63,885 nt of DNA, filler included, from Octopus bimaculoides (GCF_001194135.2; 7 parts of 6 records of this genome joined end to end with filler, not necessarily neighbours in it), one strand, 5' to 3'. Shown: positions 22,042 through 35,937, counted from the whole stretch's first letter. Numbers and translations: made by a program. The notes: generated from the letters alone by a model not told the origin.

Positions 22042-23844
22042 GTCTTTAGACATGTACGTGTAATTTTACCAAATCAACAGCTTCAAACACTCGTGTTATT
22101 CACACAAAAAAAAATGTAGCACATTATACATATTCTATTGGGTTGGTACACGTAATAGCACATTGGAAAACTGCTAAGAAGTAGTATTTAGTTTTAGTTC
22201 TTCTGCCGGATATTATCCGATAGGCTACGTTATATGTTATTCTTGATGAAGGATCACAGTCAGAAATGTCAAACAATCAATTCTTTCAACAACATCAGAC
22301 AATAAGATAACTTGTAATCTTTCTTTTGCGTTTTTTTTATTTTTCGATTTCATGAAACTGATTAGTGCTGATCTAGTTTTAGACAACAACAAATTGAACA
22401 ATATTTTGTTTAATTTTTGCCTCATAAATTTTATTGTCTGCGTTTCACAATTCAACTCCGTTTCTGTACTTACCATGGCGTCCCGCTTCAAGTGTCGTAC
22501 TCGTCATCGAGTACCCAATTCTTAATAGATGATCACATAGTTGTATATTGAACTAAGGCTTTCAGTTTATACAGTTATGCACGCAGCTACACTCGAACAT
22601 CTTACAATGATTTCTGGATTTAAGAAGTTAAAGAATTAATTATTTCATTCATTAATTACCAGAAAATCTGTTAAAGAAACAAAACAAGAAATGAAAAAAA
22701 AAAAAAAAGAAACTACATCAAAGAAATTATATTACTTTATTTTATTTTATTTTATTTTAGTTTAGTTTAGTTTATTTTAAATTACCGTTAAATTCATTCT
22801 GGGCGGGGGGAAGGACTGTCCTTCATTATTTGAGCGTAAACTTGGCTCCAGTATTTTCCTAAATATTTGTGTCATATCCATTACAAGTTAATGAAACAGA
22901 GGTGTGCGTCAGTTTGGTGGAGTCATAAACAGTTCGCATTCACCGCTGGAAAAAAAGTAAGGAAATGAAAAAAAAAGCATTCATTGATGATACGCGAAAA
23001 ATGCCGCTCGAGGGGCTAGAAATAGCAACGAAATCTTACACGCTATCACCTTCAATATAAAAAGATGTGTATGGTGGAATGTTGTCCCTACTATTTTCTT
23101 AGAGTTTAGGTCTATCATGAACCCCAGGACTTGTAAAGCCAGAGTTTAACCTGGTTTCCATTGTGATAAGGAATTGAGATCCAAACACCCTCGCCTGAAA
23201 AGTGCCGCCAGTCTGTCACAGGGATACTGTGCAGCTATTGCTGGAACGTAATAACAGCTGTGTTGAGTAAAGCTTAGTAAGGTGAGGTGTTTTGCTCAAG
23301 AACACAACGCACTGGCCTGTCTGGGAATCGACACGACAGTCTTTCGATTGTATGCGCAACACCACAACCAACAGGCCACGCGCCTCCACGTGTTACCGGA
23401 TAGAAAAAAAAAACATACAAATATACGGGATAGACATGACAGGAATTTATGTTTTTCATACATGGTTCGCTTGACTGACGCTGAGCTAGAGCTAAATAAC
23501 AGCGACAACAATAACAACAACAACAACAACGACGATGCAGACGATTAGGGCTTGGATTACTGATTAAGATTAGAAATAAGAGACAGCGTTAATTAAGGCT
23601 CGGATTACAAGTTGGAATTAGAAATGAGCCAGGGTTAAGGTTTAGAGTAGGGCTTAGCTGCAGGTGGGCCTGGCTGCAGGTGGGCCTGGCTGCAGGTGGG
23701 CCTGGCCGCAGCCGGCACATACACTAGTGAAGAATTCTCTGTGGTATCAATATTTCTAAAATACCAATAATAATAATAATCATAATCATAATAATAATAA
23801 GAAGAAGAAGAATAACAACAACAACTCTGAGCAACTCTGGACCC

Positions 23845-24345
23845 CTATAACAACTGGAAGCCACCCGGACATGATAAGATCCCTAACTTCTGGTTAAAAT
23901 ATCAGATAGGAACATAAAAAGCTAGCAGAGCCAGAGACGGCTCACTGAAGAGAAAACTATCCTAATTTCCAAATCCACTGAAACGGCAAACCCACAAAAT
24001 TACAGACCAATAACTTGTCTACCTACAATCTACAAAGCCTTTACTGCAATAGCATCACAGAGAATGAGCAAGCATCTGGAAGAAAACAACCTGTTTCCAG
24101 AAGACCAGAAGCGATGCTGCAAGGGCTCATACGGTTGTAAAGATCAACTAATGATCAATAAAGTCATAACTGAAGACAGCCGCAGAAAGAAGAAAGGTCT
24201 AAGTATGGCCTGGATCAATTACCGAAAGACTTTTGATAGTATTCCCCACACATGGATCCTAGAAATACTAGCCATGAACAAGGTAGCACCAATAATCATA
24301 AGATATATGACACATTCCATGAATAAATGGCAGACGAATGTTACG
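23845..24345 (+). mobile_element. R4/Dong-clade non-LTR retrotransposon, RT fragment
   Basis: GHDKIPNFWLK; NYRPITCLPTIYK; EDQKRCCKGSYGCKDQLMI; MAWINYRKTFDSIPHTWI. Confidence 0.9.
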
Positions 24346-24479
24346 TAACCTCAGTTTATGAGAGACAAGAGTTTCCGAAGAAATTCTGATTACAACAGCG
24401 AAAATGAAGCTGGACCTTTAAGGGAAGGCCTCTCTCTTGGCAGTGGTTTAGTAAAGATGCAGATTGACCACAGCTGTTA

Positions 24480-24700
24480 TACTAATACAACATCAGCAGA
24501 TAATAGAGCAAGGAATTGGAAGTGGGCCAGCGAAGAAAACAGGATAGTGATGCAGTGCTACTTTGAAAGTGAACCTAAAAGAAGGGGCTATGGAAAGCGG
24601 ATGTTAAAGTAACTGAACAGAGATTAGTTGATCAAGCAAATACTATTGAGAGAAGAAAGTGAATGACAGAAGAGATCACAAGAGAACTGGAAAATCTTTT
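24480..24700 (+). mobile_element. R4/Dong-like N-terminal ORF fragment
   Basis: KWASEENRIVMQCYFESEPKRRGYGKRML resembles the N-terminal region of these elements. Confidence 0.55.
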
Positions 24701-24743
24701 GTGGAACCCTAGGGTTCCGGAGAACCCCGGTTGAGAAACGCTG
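24693..24743. mobile_element. hAT-MITE-like terminus
   Basis: GGAACCCTAGGGTTCCGGAGAACCCCGGTTGAGAAACGCTG, a typical hAT MITE end. Confidence 0.5.
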
Positions 24744-25003
24744 ACCTACAAGTACAGTGAGTGAATGACTGAACGTGAAATTGTTGATAGTTTGGAGCTA
24801 CAAACCGTCATATTATATTCTAACAGACCAAATCTTATATATTCCATCCATCCATATATGTGTGTGTGTGCGTGTGTGTACATGAGTGTACATGAGTGTA
24901 TTATGTGTGTGTATGTGTGTTCTCACTCATTCTCAATTCTCACCTTCCTTTCTTGCACACACTCTATCCATTCCTTTCTTCTATTCCTCATTTTATTTCT
25001 CTT

Positions 25004-25073
<70 letters not shown>

Positions 25074-25566
25074 TTATGGAATCTATCCTGTCATTCTCTC
25101 AAAGTATCTCTCAATATATCAAGCGCTTCCTCTATACCTATACGAATAGATAACACACATACATGCATGCATACACATACACGCGTATACATACATACAT
25201 ACATACATACATACATACATACATACATACATACATACATACACACAAAATCTTTGACATCTTTTATTTACTTCTGAGAGTTCTTCAAACGCGACGAACG
25301 AATATGGTAATTATCAGAATAGGCTTGGAGAAGATTAGAAAATACTTATGGCTATCGAATAGATATCAATAGATATCAATAGCGAATCAGTTAAAAGGCT
25401 CTTTGCAATAATTGGTATTTCAATAACTGGTGGCTTATACATGTCAGCCATTCATTACTTACCGCCGACAGGTGGCGTGTTAGTCAATACATACATACGT
25501 TTATGTATGCTTGTATACATATAGATATTTATGTATGCATGCATGTACGCATGTATATGCATGCAT

Positions 25567-25604
<38 letters not shown>

Positions 25605-25688
25605 GTGTATACTACATGTGTACAGGTGTGTTTTTGTATATGTATATGTTTGTGTATATATAGATACTTGTGTATGCATGTATGTACG

Positions 25689-25722
<34 letters not shown>

Positions 25723-27518
25723 NNNNNNNNNNNNNNNNNNNNNNNNNNNNNNNNNNNNNNNNNNNNNNNNNNNNNNNNNNNNNNNNNNNNNNNNNNNNNN
25801 NNNNNNNNNNNNNNNNNNNNNNNNNNNNNNNNNNNNNNNNNNNNNNNNNNNNNNNNNNNNNNNNNNNNNNNNNNNNNNNNNNNNNNNNNNNNNNNNNNNN
25901 NNNNNNNNNNNNNNNNNNNNNNNNNNNNNNNNNNNNNNNNNNNNNNNNNNNNNNNNNNNNNNNNNNNNNNNNNNNNNNNNNNNNNNNNNNNNNNNNNNNN
26001 NNNNNNNNNNNNNNNNNNNNNNNNNNNNNNNNNNNNNNNNNNNNNNNNNNNNNNNNNNNNNNNNNNNNNNNNNNNNNNNNNNNNNNNNNNNNNNNNNNNN
26101 NNNNNNNNNNNNNNNNNNNNNNNNNNNNNNNNNNNNNNNNNNNNNNNNNNNNNNNNNNNNNNNNNNNNNNNNNNNNNNNNNNNNNNNNNNNNNNNNNNNN
26201 NNNNNNNNNNNNNNNNNNNNNNNNNNNNNNNNNNNNNNNNNNNNNNNNNNNNNNNNNNNNNNNNNNNNNNNNNNNNNNNNNNNNNNNNNNNNNNNNNNNN
26301 NNNNNNNNNNNNNNNNNNNNNNNNNNNNNNNNNNNNNNNNNNNNNNNNNNNNNNNNNNNNNNNNNNNNNNNNNNNNNNNNNNNNNNNNNNNNNNNNNNNN
26401 NNNNNNNNNNNNNNNNNNNNNNNNNNNNNNNNNNNNNNNNNNNNNNNNNNNNNNNNGCAACTGGTTTGCTTCTGATTGGAATTCAAAAACTTGAGTCATG
26501 TTCTCTCATTAAAAATAAAAAGACACTGTTTGAATTCCAATCAGGAGCAAGGCAGTTGTAGCATAGTTCCACTTCTTTCTCTCTCAACTTCAGAGAAGCC
26601 TGTAAAGCCGGTTAAATTCTTTAAAATTAAAAAATAAAAAAATCTACACGAATCCCAGTGTATTTCTAGCTGCTTTTTTTTTTCTATATTTCAACCCGTG
26701 TGGAATAAAATAACTTAGTTATGTGTGTGAATGTGTGTGTGTGTGAATGTGTATGTGTGAATGTGTGTCTGTGTGTGTGTAAATGTGTGCGTGCGAATGT
26801 GTGTATGTGTGTGTAAATGCGTGTATATTTACACAGATTTAAATATACACATATATATTTAAATGTGTGTATTTAAATACACACTTTTAAATCCATATTT
26901 AAATGTATTTAAATGTGTGTGTATACACACACACACACACACATGTGCGTGTATATATGTGTGAATGTGTGTGTGAAATTGTATGCGTGTATGTGTGTAT
27001 GTGTTCATAAATGCACACACACACATACACGTGTGTGTGTATGTGTGTGAGAGTGTTTGTATATGTGTGTGTGAAATTGTGTGCGCGTGTGTGTGTGTGT
27101 GTGTGTGTTTATAAATGCATGTATGTATATAGCAACGTAGATTGAAACACGATACATTTGGATATGAATGCCTCCTAGTATTTAGACCTTCCTTAATTGT
27201 TTTTCTTTTTATGCTTGTACCCACTGCGCAGTTCCATCTTTAGGGGGAACGACGAAATATGTGCGACAAAAGGGGGTTGATATAAACAACAACAAAGAAA
27301 CACTTTGAAGTGGCTGGATGCCCCAGTATGGCCGCCAACCTGTGACTGAAACTAGTAAAGGGAAAAAGAATAACCAACTGTATCACCTGCAGTGAGTACC
27401 GGAAATGGTGACGCCGAAAACCCGGAAACATGGGTGGTATGAAGAAAAAAAATGATTGATGCGTTTGGAGAAGAAGGGAGAAACAGAGGGTGGCAGTAAT
27501 AATGATATGTAGAGAGTG

Positions 27519-27579
<61 letters not shown>

Positions 27580-27630
27580 NNNNNNNNNNNNNNNNNNNNN
27601 NNNNNNNNNNNNNNNNNNNNNNGAGAGAGT

Positions 27631-27683
<53 letters not shown>

Positions 27684-27969
27684 GGGGATGAGAGAGAGAG
27701 ATAGTGAAAGAAGTGAGTCTTAAAGTCCAGATGACTACGACCGGAAGGGTGGTTGTTTATACGTAGATTAGCCGTGACCGGATAAACAGGTTTGGGTGGA
27801 TCGCTAGAGGATTGAACCTCTAGAGCAGGATACTACACAAAGTTTCTTATTTGATCTGGTTAAAGAGTAATGGGAAAAAAAACTACGGAAGAGCATAACA
27901 TCACGTTTGAATCAGACATGGGTGATGTATGGATGTATCGTTCGCGTATCTTCTCTTTTATTCTTTATC

Positions 27970-28180
27970 TTTTAGTTGTTCAAATCATTAGACTGCGGCC
28001 ATGCTAGGGTACCGCTTTGAAGAATTTTAGTCGAACGAATCGATCTCAGTACCTTTTTTTTAAAGCCTGGTATTTGTCCCATCGGTCTTTTTGCTGAACT
28101 GCTGAGTCAGGAGTACGTGAACACATAAATATTGGTTATCAAGCGATGATAAAGAACAAACACAAACACAAAAACACATA

Positions 28181-28230
<50 letters not shown>

Positions 28231-28370
28231 GTGTAGGTACGTACGACTGCTTTTTTTTATTTCCCATCTAACAAATGAACTCACAAGGCTTTGGTCAGCC
28301 CAGTGCTATAGTAGAAGACACTTGCCCAAGATGACACGCTCTGGGACTGTAGACCAAACCTGTAAAGATT
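27970..28370 (-). mobile_element. SINE with internal (CA)n
   Basis: Same family as 13190; includes ACAAGGCTTTGGTCAGCCCAGTGCTATAGTAGAAGACACTTGCCCAAG. Confidence 0.75.
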
Positions 28371-28419
28371 TGTGAAAAAAAAAAATCTTAATCTTATGGC
28401 GATTCCTAACAACCATACT

Positions 28420-28612
28420 GATATTTGTCTCGTCCGAATTTTACAGAAATTTTCTGTTACATTTATTGTTTTAAATGCAGTAATTAAGAAGCTTCCATGG
28501 CCAAGCGAGTCACCAGATATGAAACCAATTGAACACTTCTGGGGTATAATGGACAGGACACTTCGTAAAAAGAACAAGAAAGCATCCCCAAAGCCAGATC
28601 TTTAGAGATTAC
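28420..28612 (+). mobile_element. Tc1-like transposase C-terminal fragment
   Basis: LPWPSESPDMKPIEHFWGIMDRTLR matches the Tc1 WPxxSPDLNPIExxW motif. Confidence 0.85.
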
Positions 28613-29004
28613 TGTATNNNNNNNNNNNNNNNNNNNNNNNNNNNNNNNNNNNNNNNNNNNNNNNNNNNNNNNNNNNNNNNNNNNNNNNNNNNNNNNNNNN
28701 NNNNNNNNNNNNNNNNNNNNNNNNNNNNNNNNNNNNNNNNNNNNNNNNNNNNNNNNNNNNNNNNNNNNNNNNNNNNNNNNNNNNNNNNNNNNNNNNNNNN
28801 NNNNNNNNNNNNNNNNNNNNNNNNNNNNNNNNNNNNNNNNNNNNNNNNNNNNNNNNNNNNNNNNNNNNNNNNNNNNNNNNNNNNNNNNNNNNNNNNNNNN
28901 NNNNNNNNNNNNNNNNNNNNNNNNNNNNNNNNNNNNNNNNNNNNNNNNNNNNNNNNNNNNNNNNNNNNNNNNNNNNNNNNNNNNNNNNNNNNNNNNNNNN
29001 NNNN

Positions 29005-29039
<35 letters not shown>

Positions 29040-29526
29040 GTATGTATATATACGACGGACTTCTTTCAGTTTCCTTCTACCAAGTCCACTCACAAGGCTT
29101 GGTTGCCCTAATGCTGTTGTCGAGGAAACTAGCCCAAAGTGTCATGCAGCGGTACTGAACTCAGAACCATGTGATTGGGAAACAAAATTCTTATCTCAGT
29201 CATGCCTCCGCTTATATATTACGTGTGTACATGCGTGTGTTCGTGTGTATGTACGCGTATGCATGCGTGTGTATATGTTTATGTGTATACGTATGCATAT
29301 GTGTGTTTGTATGCATATGTGCTTCTATGCATGTGTGTGTGCGTGTGTGTATGCTTAAGTCTATGCGTCCATTTCTATATGTATGTATATTTACGTGTTT
29401 GCATGTATGTGTATATGCACGTATATGTTTGTATATGTACGTAAGTGTGTATAAGGGGCGTGTTACTGTTTGAGTGAATGTTTGAATGTGTGTACATATT
29501 AGTGCGTGTGTATGTATCTGTGCGCA

Positions 29527-29594
<68 letters not shown>

Positions 29595-30396
29595 TGACGA
29601 TCTTTCCAGAAAGGTTTCTCACTGTGTGACTTTGAATTCTTTCTTCTTAATCATTCCTCAAAGACATTTCATTTGAAAAACTTTTGGTCCGATTTTCTTT
29701 TATTTATTTTTTCACTTTATTTATTTATTGATTCATTTATGTTGAGAGGCTAGAAACTTTTGTTGTTGTTGTTGTTGTTTTTGCTGTTATTCCAACAAAT
29801 ATGCTGGTACCTCCTACTAAATACTTTTAAATAGCCAACCACCTCTTCCTATTTTTTTTTCCTGCTGGTAATGAGAAACTTAACACCGAACCAATCTTGA
29901 GACCACCACCACCACCACCACCATCATATTCACCCCCGCCTCTCTCAAAAAAATTATCTCCAGCAGCCTCTGAAAGTACAAGAAGCTTTTTAAGTTTAAT
30001 AGCAATGTCGACACCAAGTATATATATACATTATATATGCTAGGTATGTATGTACGTATGTATGTATGGATGGATGGATGGATGGATGGATGGATGGAGA
30101 AAAGGGGAGTATTTTCACGCAGAAAAATATAGAATTTGTTTTTGAAAATTCACCTGAATTTGAAAAAAACTTGTAATTGTTTTTAAATAAATTGATTTAC
30201 ATACATACCAAACTAGTTTCAACAATTTTTTTGTTTATCAATGATATAAACGTATTGGATTTTAAAACAAAAACATTTAAATAGCGAAGTAGGAAACATG
30301 CTTAAATGATTAAATGTTCACAAAATTTAAAAGTATCAAAAGTGTTCGGCGAAGAATATAAAAAATGTGGATTACCAAATGTTCGGTCATAATGAG

Positions 30397-30484
<88 letters not shown>

Positions 30485-31429
30485 AGACGAAATTAAATAA
30501 AAGGGGATTTGTTACAGTTTCTGTCATCTTTCGTGTGATTCTTTTTCCCGTCTTGTACTGGGATTTTCTTCTTTCTTAACTCAATATGACCGAACTATCG
30601 TAGATCCACATTTTTATATTCCTGTTTTCTACATTGTAATTTAAAAATCTTTAAAAAAAAAAAAAAAAATCTATGTTTGTGAAAAAATTGTTGAAACTAG
30701 TTTGGTCTCATGTATGTATGTATGTATGTATGTATGTATGTGTGTGTGTGTATATGCATATGTGTATGTGTATTTATGTATGTATGCATGTATGTGTATA
30801 TGTATGTATTTTTGTATGTATGCATTTATATATGCGTGTGTGTGTGTGTATGTGTGTGTATTGACATCATATTGCTAATCCGTAAATATATAAAGAACCC
30901 ACTTGGGGGCGGAGAATTGTAGAAACCAGAGTTTCTAATTTGCCATTTAATAATTCTGTAATGAATGTGACGGAACGCTGGCTCTTTTAGCTGCCAGCTT
31001 AGATAGAGGCCAGTCGCCTTTTGGCTTTTGAAGGCTTCCACTGACTGAAAGATATATCATAATTTGTTTTGTCTTTTTTTTTCTTCCTTCACTTATTTTA
31101 TTTTTTGTTTTTGTTTGTTTGTTTATTATGAGTATGCGTGTAATATTTTGGTGTGTTTGGCTTGTTTTTAGATTATTTTTGTTTTTCCGTGTCGTACCCA
31201 GGTTTCCGACGGAATTAGCTAAGAAACATTAGTTTATCTCGACTTCATCGCATAAAACGATACGTATATATATACATACAAATATGTATGTATATTTCTA
31301 TGTGTGCATTCATATGCACTTTTACTTGTTTCAGTCATTTGGTTTCGGCCATGCTGGAGCACCACCTTCAATTCAATAGTCTGGTGATTGGTGTGTTACA
31401 AGTGATATATATACATATGTGTAAATATA

Positions 31430-31469
<40 letters not shown>

Positions 31470-32352
31470 TACATGCGTGCATAAATACTAACAAACATAT
31501 AGACATAAATTTACGTTGCTCGGAACGTAAATTCAAATTAAATTTTGATGGAAGATTTTTAGATCACTTTAAAACAAAGTTTGCACTTATAGAACCAGGA
31601 TTTGTCTCTGGAGGGCTAGCATTAAAAGGAAATCACTTTTCAGAATAAGAATAATTAACTCTAAAATATAACTTTGTTCTAGTAAACACGCCCTACACCC
31701 ACAGTACAGCATGTGGCTAAATTAAAATAATATATATAATGTTTATAAGGAAATTGATGTTTTTATTTTCAAATGGGATATTACTTTTGTAGGTGGTCCG
31801 AATATTAGTCACGCACTTTGGTAGGATTGTAGGCCATAGAAAAGCTTGAGTATCATTGCGCCAGAGAAGTGATATCTCTCACTTGCAACGCATTCTTGAT
31901 ATATTTCCTAAAAGGACAAAAATAATTTTGAAAATAATCGTTGCCTCACGTCTGTTAATACAGGATGGAGATTGGCATAGAGAATGAAGAGCCGAAAGAC
32001 TTCGACATTATCCGAAGTACAGATGAATCCAAAAACGAAATTTCGAAAGTAAATGCTAATAGTGATAATAGGAAATAGTTAGGCACAAGACCACAAATTT
32101 CTTCTTTGTTTTTTTTTTATTCAGGAGTGTGGGGAGGTGTTAGTCGATTACATAAACCCCCAAGTACTTACTTGACTTCTATTTTATTTTGATGATTCCA
32201 AAAAAAGTGAATGGTAAAATTGATTTCGGCATAATTTGAGTTCGGAACTTTAAGAGCCAGAACGAATAACGTAAGCCATTCCCTACTTCTACCCACGTCC
32301 TACTGGTTCTGCTAATCTACCGCCGTACTACAGCAGGAGCATCAACAACACC

Positions 32353-32401
<49 letters not shown>

Positions 32402-32403
<2 letters not shown>

Positions 32404-32618
32404 GGCTTCAAATTTTGCCACAAGGGCAGCGATTTTGAGGTAGGGGATGAGTCGATAACATCGACTCCCAGTGCCCAACTGGTGCTTATTTTGTCGGCCC
32501 CGAAAGGATAAAAAGCAGTCGACCTCGGCGAGATTTGAATTCAGAACGTAGCGAGAGACGAAATACCGCTAAGTATTTTGCCCGGCGTGCTAATGATTCT
32601 GCCAGCTCACCGCCTTAA
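32402..32618 (-). mobile_element. tRNA-derived SINE between (AAT)n and compound (GAT)n(AAT)n(AAC)n tracts
   Basis: Family match to 18491 and 34334; microsatellites at about 32355-32400 and 32620-32780. Confidence 0.88.
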
Positions 32619-32646
32619 TTATGATGATGATGATGATGATGATGAC

Positions 32647-32780
<134 letters not shown>

Positions 32781-33292
32781 GTAATAATAACTAAGAATAA
32801 GTGAGTGCAAAGATCTCAATTCAGTTGATAAATATACATGCTTATTCTAACAAAGAAAAGAAACCAAATTAGTATTCAGAATTTAATACTATAGTAATTA
32901 CATTATAATGATCGTAATTAAAAGTTCAAATATAAGTAAACTAATGTTGTAGAGTTCAAAGAAATGGCGCCCAAATTTTCACCTTACCAAAAGTTATGCT
33001 TTTTAATGAATCTGTACTCCACTATTCATTACAGTTATTACAAAGATATAAATCATTACAGTACGGCAGACACGTTTTATTGCTCTTGTTATTTGTAATT
33101 AATTCTTTAATTTTAGATTTATATATCACTTTCTTTTAAGAGAAAAGATAGACACATATATAGGCGTATATATATGTGTGTGTGTGTCTGTGCGTGCGCG
33201 AGTGTTCGTATCTATATATGCATGTGTTTATATATATATTTGTATATATGTATGTATATATATATATATATATACATATGTATATATGTATA

Positions 33293-33567
33293 CAGTAATA
33301 CCTCAATTTACGAGGACTTGCTTTACGTGGGCTCGCTTTACGAGATCCGGGTGCACAAGCTTTATTTTTCAAGCACAAGATCCAAAGTTTGAACGAAATG
33401 CGAAAGTTTCTACTACCATCACAAATGCTTCTGTGTGTTGCCGTGAAATTCAGAGAGTGAACAAAAAAGCTTCCTCTAAGTAAGCAACTTTAGACTTGTT
33501 TTTGAAAAAGAAATCTACAAGTCCGTCTACGAGCGCTTGTGGATCGGTGATCACGTCTACAACTTAA
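33293..33567. mobile_element. Tigger/pogo-like DNA transposon remnant
   Basis: TA|CAGTAATACCTCAATTTACGAG terminus and a [11 protein letters not shown]-like tail; truncated by a gap. Confidence 0.6.
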
Positions 33568-33868
33568 NNNNNNNNNNNNNNNNNNNNNNNNNNNNNNNNN
33601 NNNNNNNNNNNTTAATTAATTAANNNNNNNNNNNNNNNNNNNNNNNNNNNNNNNNNNNNNNNNNNNNATTCAATAAGACATATTCCATATTTTCAATAAG
33701 ACATCCAATACTTTATTTCATTGTACCATCCATTTTTATATTATATATAATATTAATTTTACAAGAATATAAATAAAACATAAAAAACAGAGTTGGAACT
33801 CTTTTAAATAAAATAATATATTCCTCTATACACAATCATAGAAAACCCCTTTTTTGTATTTATTTTTA

Positions 33869-33979
<111 letters not shown>

Positions 33980-34333
33980 TCAGATGATATTTTGATATAT
34001 ATATATGTGTGTGTGTGTGTGTGTTCAGATCTTCACATGGTTTTAGGAATGTCTAATTGCGAATATATTTTGGGAAATGAATGTGTGTTTTACATCAACA
34101 CAACACAGCTGTAATATATTACTAGCAATTTTTCAGCAACAAGTTTTAATATTCAAATATAATGACTTAATCCTCTCAGAGAATTATCTTTACAAGCAAT
34201 AAATCTCTTCAAACTAGGACTAGATAAAATCTATCTGTGTCTCTCATGGATTAATAGTTGATACACATCTTTGGGGTTGTGACTCAACAAACTAAAAATA
34301 AGAAAATTGTTTAGGTTGCAATATTAGCAACAT

Positions 34334-34734
34334 TAAAGGCGGCGATCTGGCAGAAACGTTAGCACGCCGGGCGAAATACTTGGTCGTATTTCGTCTGCCG
34401 TTACGTTCTGAGTTCAAATTCCGCCGAGGTCGACTTTGCCTTTCATCCTTTCGGGGTCGATATAATCGACTTAATCTATTTGTCTGTCTTTGTTTGTCCC
34501 TTCTGTGTGTAGCCCTTTGTGGGCAGTAAATAAATAAAAAATGTTAGCACGCCGGGCGAAATGCTTGGCGGTATTTCGTCTGTCTTCACGTTCTGAGTTC
34601 AAATTCCGTTGAGGTCGACTTTACTTTTCATCCTTTCGGGGTCAATAAATTAAGTACCAGTTACGTACTGGGGTCGATCTAATCGATTGCCCTCCTCCCT
34701 AAAAATTTCGAGCCTTGTGCCTAGAGTAGAAAAG
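34334..34734 (+). mobile_element. Dimeric tRNA-derived SINE with 14-bp TSD
   Basis: Two GTTAGCACGCCGGGCGAAAT heads; AATATTAGCAACAT at 34320-34333 and 34735-34748. Confidence 0.92.
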
Positions 34735-34782
34735 AATATTAGCAACATCAACTTTGCTAAAGGAGCATTTCTTTTTAATTAG

Positions 34783-34918
34783 CATGGTTCCCTCTGCTTC
34801 TGTGGAAACAGCTATGACAAATATGGTGCTGCTGCTGAAGACCTCTGTTATTCAAGCTGTCCAGGCAACAAAGAAGATTTCTGTGGAGGTTATCTAACAA
34901 ATTCTGTTTACAAAGCAG
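34783..34918 (+). CDS. Tandem-WSC protein exon: WSC1 C-half (HGSLCFCGNSYDKYGAAAEDLCYSSCPGNKEDFCGGYLTNSVYKA)
   Basis: TTAG acceptor, CAG|GTAAGA donor, 136 nt (phase 0 to 1); WSC CxCG...C...CPG....CGG....VY pattern. Confidence 0.92.
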
Positions 34919-35420
34919 GTAAGATTGTTTTTACTTTTGGTCAAATTATTTAACTGTCTATTTATTGACATAATAATATTGTGGCATGGGCAGCTTTGAA
35001 TGAAACAGATTCATGTAAGTTGATTTAAGAAATCCTTTTATCACCAGTTGTAAGCATTGTTAAAGAACTATTATTGGTAATGGGGTAACGGATGATGAGT
35101 AATTTCCCAATATTTTGAATTGAAAGTGTTTCGTGTGTTTTAACAAGCATGGTATTAATTAAAGGCATTTGGCTACAATTTCGGCTGCCTTTAATAGTAA
35201 TGGGAAGACATTTAAACATTATTAAGTAGAATATCACACAAAGAACGGCCGCTTTTTGTGCTGCTATGAGAAAAGTATGCATTATAGGTTGCATATATAA
35301 ATGAAGAACCTATATACAACTAGAATCAGCTAAAAAATTCCATGAAAATAATCTGAAAAATCACACACATAAAAGGACATGAACTCATCGGACTGCATGC
35401 AATTGTTTTATAGCACTTGG

Positions 35421-35793
35421 TTGGCACTCCGTCGGTTACGATGACGAGGGTTCCAGTTGATCCGATCAGTGGAACAGCCTGCTCATGAAATTAACGTGCA
35501 AGTGGCTGAGCACTCCGCAGACACGTGTACCCTTAACGGAGTTCTCGGGGAGATTCAGCGTGACAGAGTGTGACAAGGCTGGTCCTTTACAATACAGGTA
35601 CAACAGAATCATGAAGAAAGAGTGAGAGAAAGTTGTGGTGAAAGAGTACAGCAGGGTTCGCCACCATCCCCTGCCTCGTGGAACTTTAGGTGTTTTCGCT
35701 CAATAAACACTCACAACGCCCGGTCTGGGAATCGAAACCGCGGTCCTGCGACCGCGAATCCGCTTCTCTAACCACTGGCCATTGCGCCTCCAC
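35421..35793 (-). mobile_element. tRNA-derived SINE with conserved central (Nin-like) domain
   Basis: tRNA-like head at 35720-35793 (reverse complement) and core GTGGCTGAGCACTCCGCAGACACGTGTACCCTTAACG; the Nin label is from recall. Confidence 0.7.
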
Positions 35794-35916
35794 TATGTTT
35801 TATAGCTAACAATAGAAAACAATATGTATGCCATTGTCAGCATGTACCTTTAATTGTACAAAAAAGGCTTTCTTCAAACTTTACATATGTAATCATGACA
35901 CCTTTTGTATTTTTAG

Positions 35917-35937
35917 GGAAAATTTCAAAAGAAACGG
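35917..35937 (+). CDS. Tandem-WSC protein 21-nt linker microexon (GKISKET)
   Basis: Long T tract plus TTTAG acceptor, G|GTAAGT donor, phase 1/1; joins the flanking exons in frame. Confidence 0.8.

Noticed and set aside
30826-31041. GC-richer minus-strand ORF with an upstream acceptor
   Set aside because: No donor, no homology recognised, and it runs into a microsatellite.
31964-32048. Exon-like MEIGIENEEPKDFDIIRSTDESKNEISK as the upstream WSC exon
   Set aside because: No WSC N-half motifs and a weak donor; it cannot complete WSC1.
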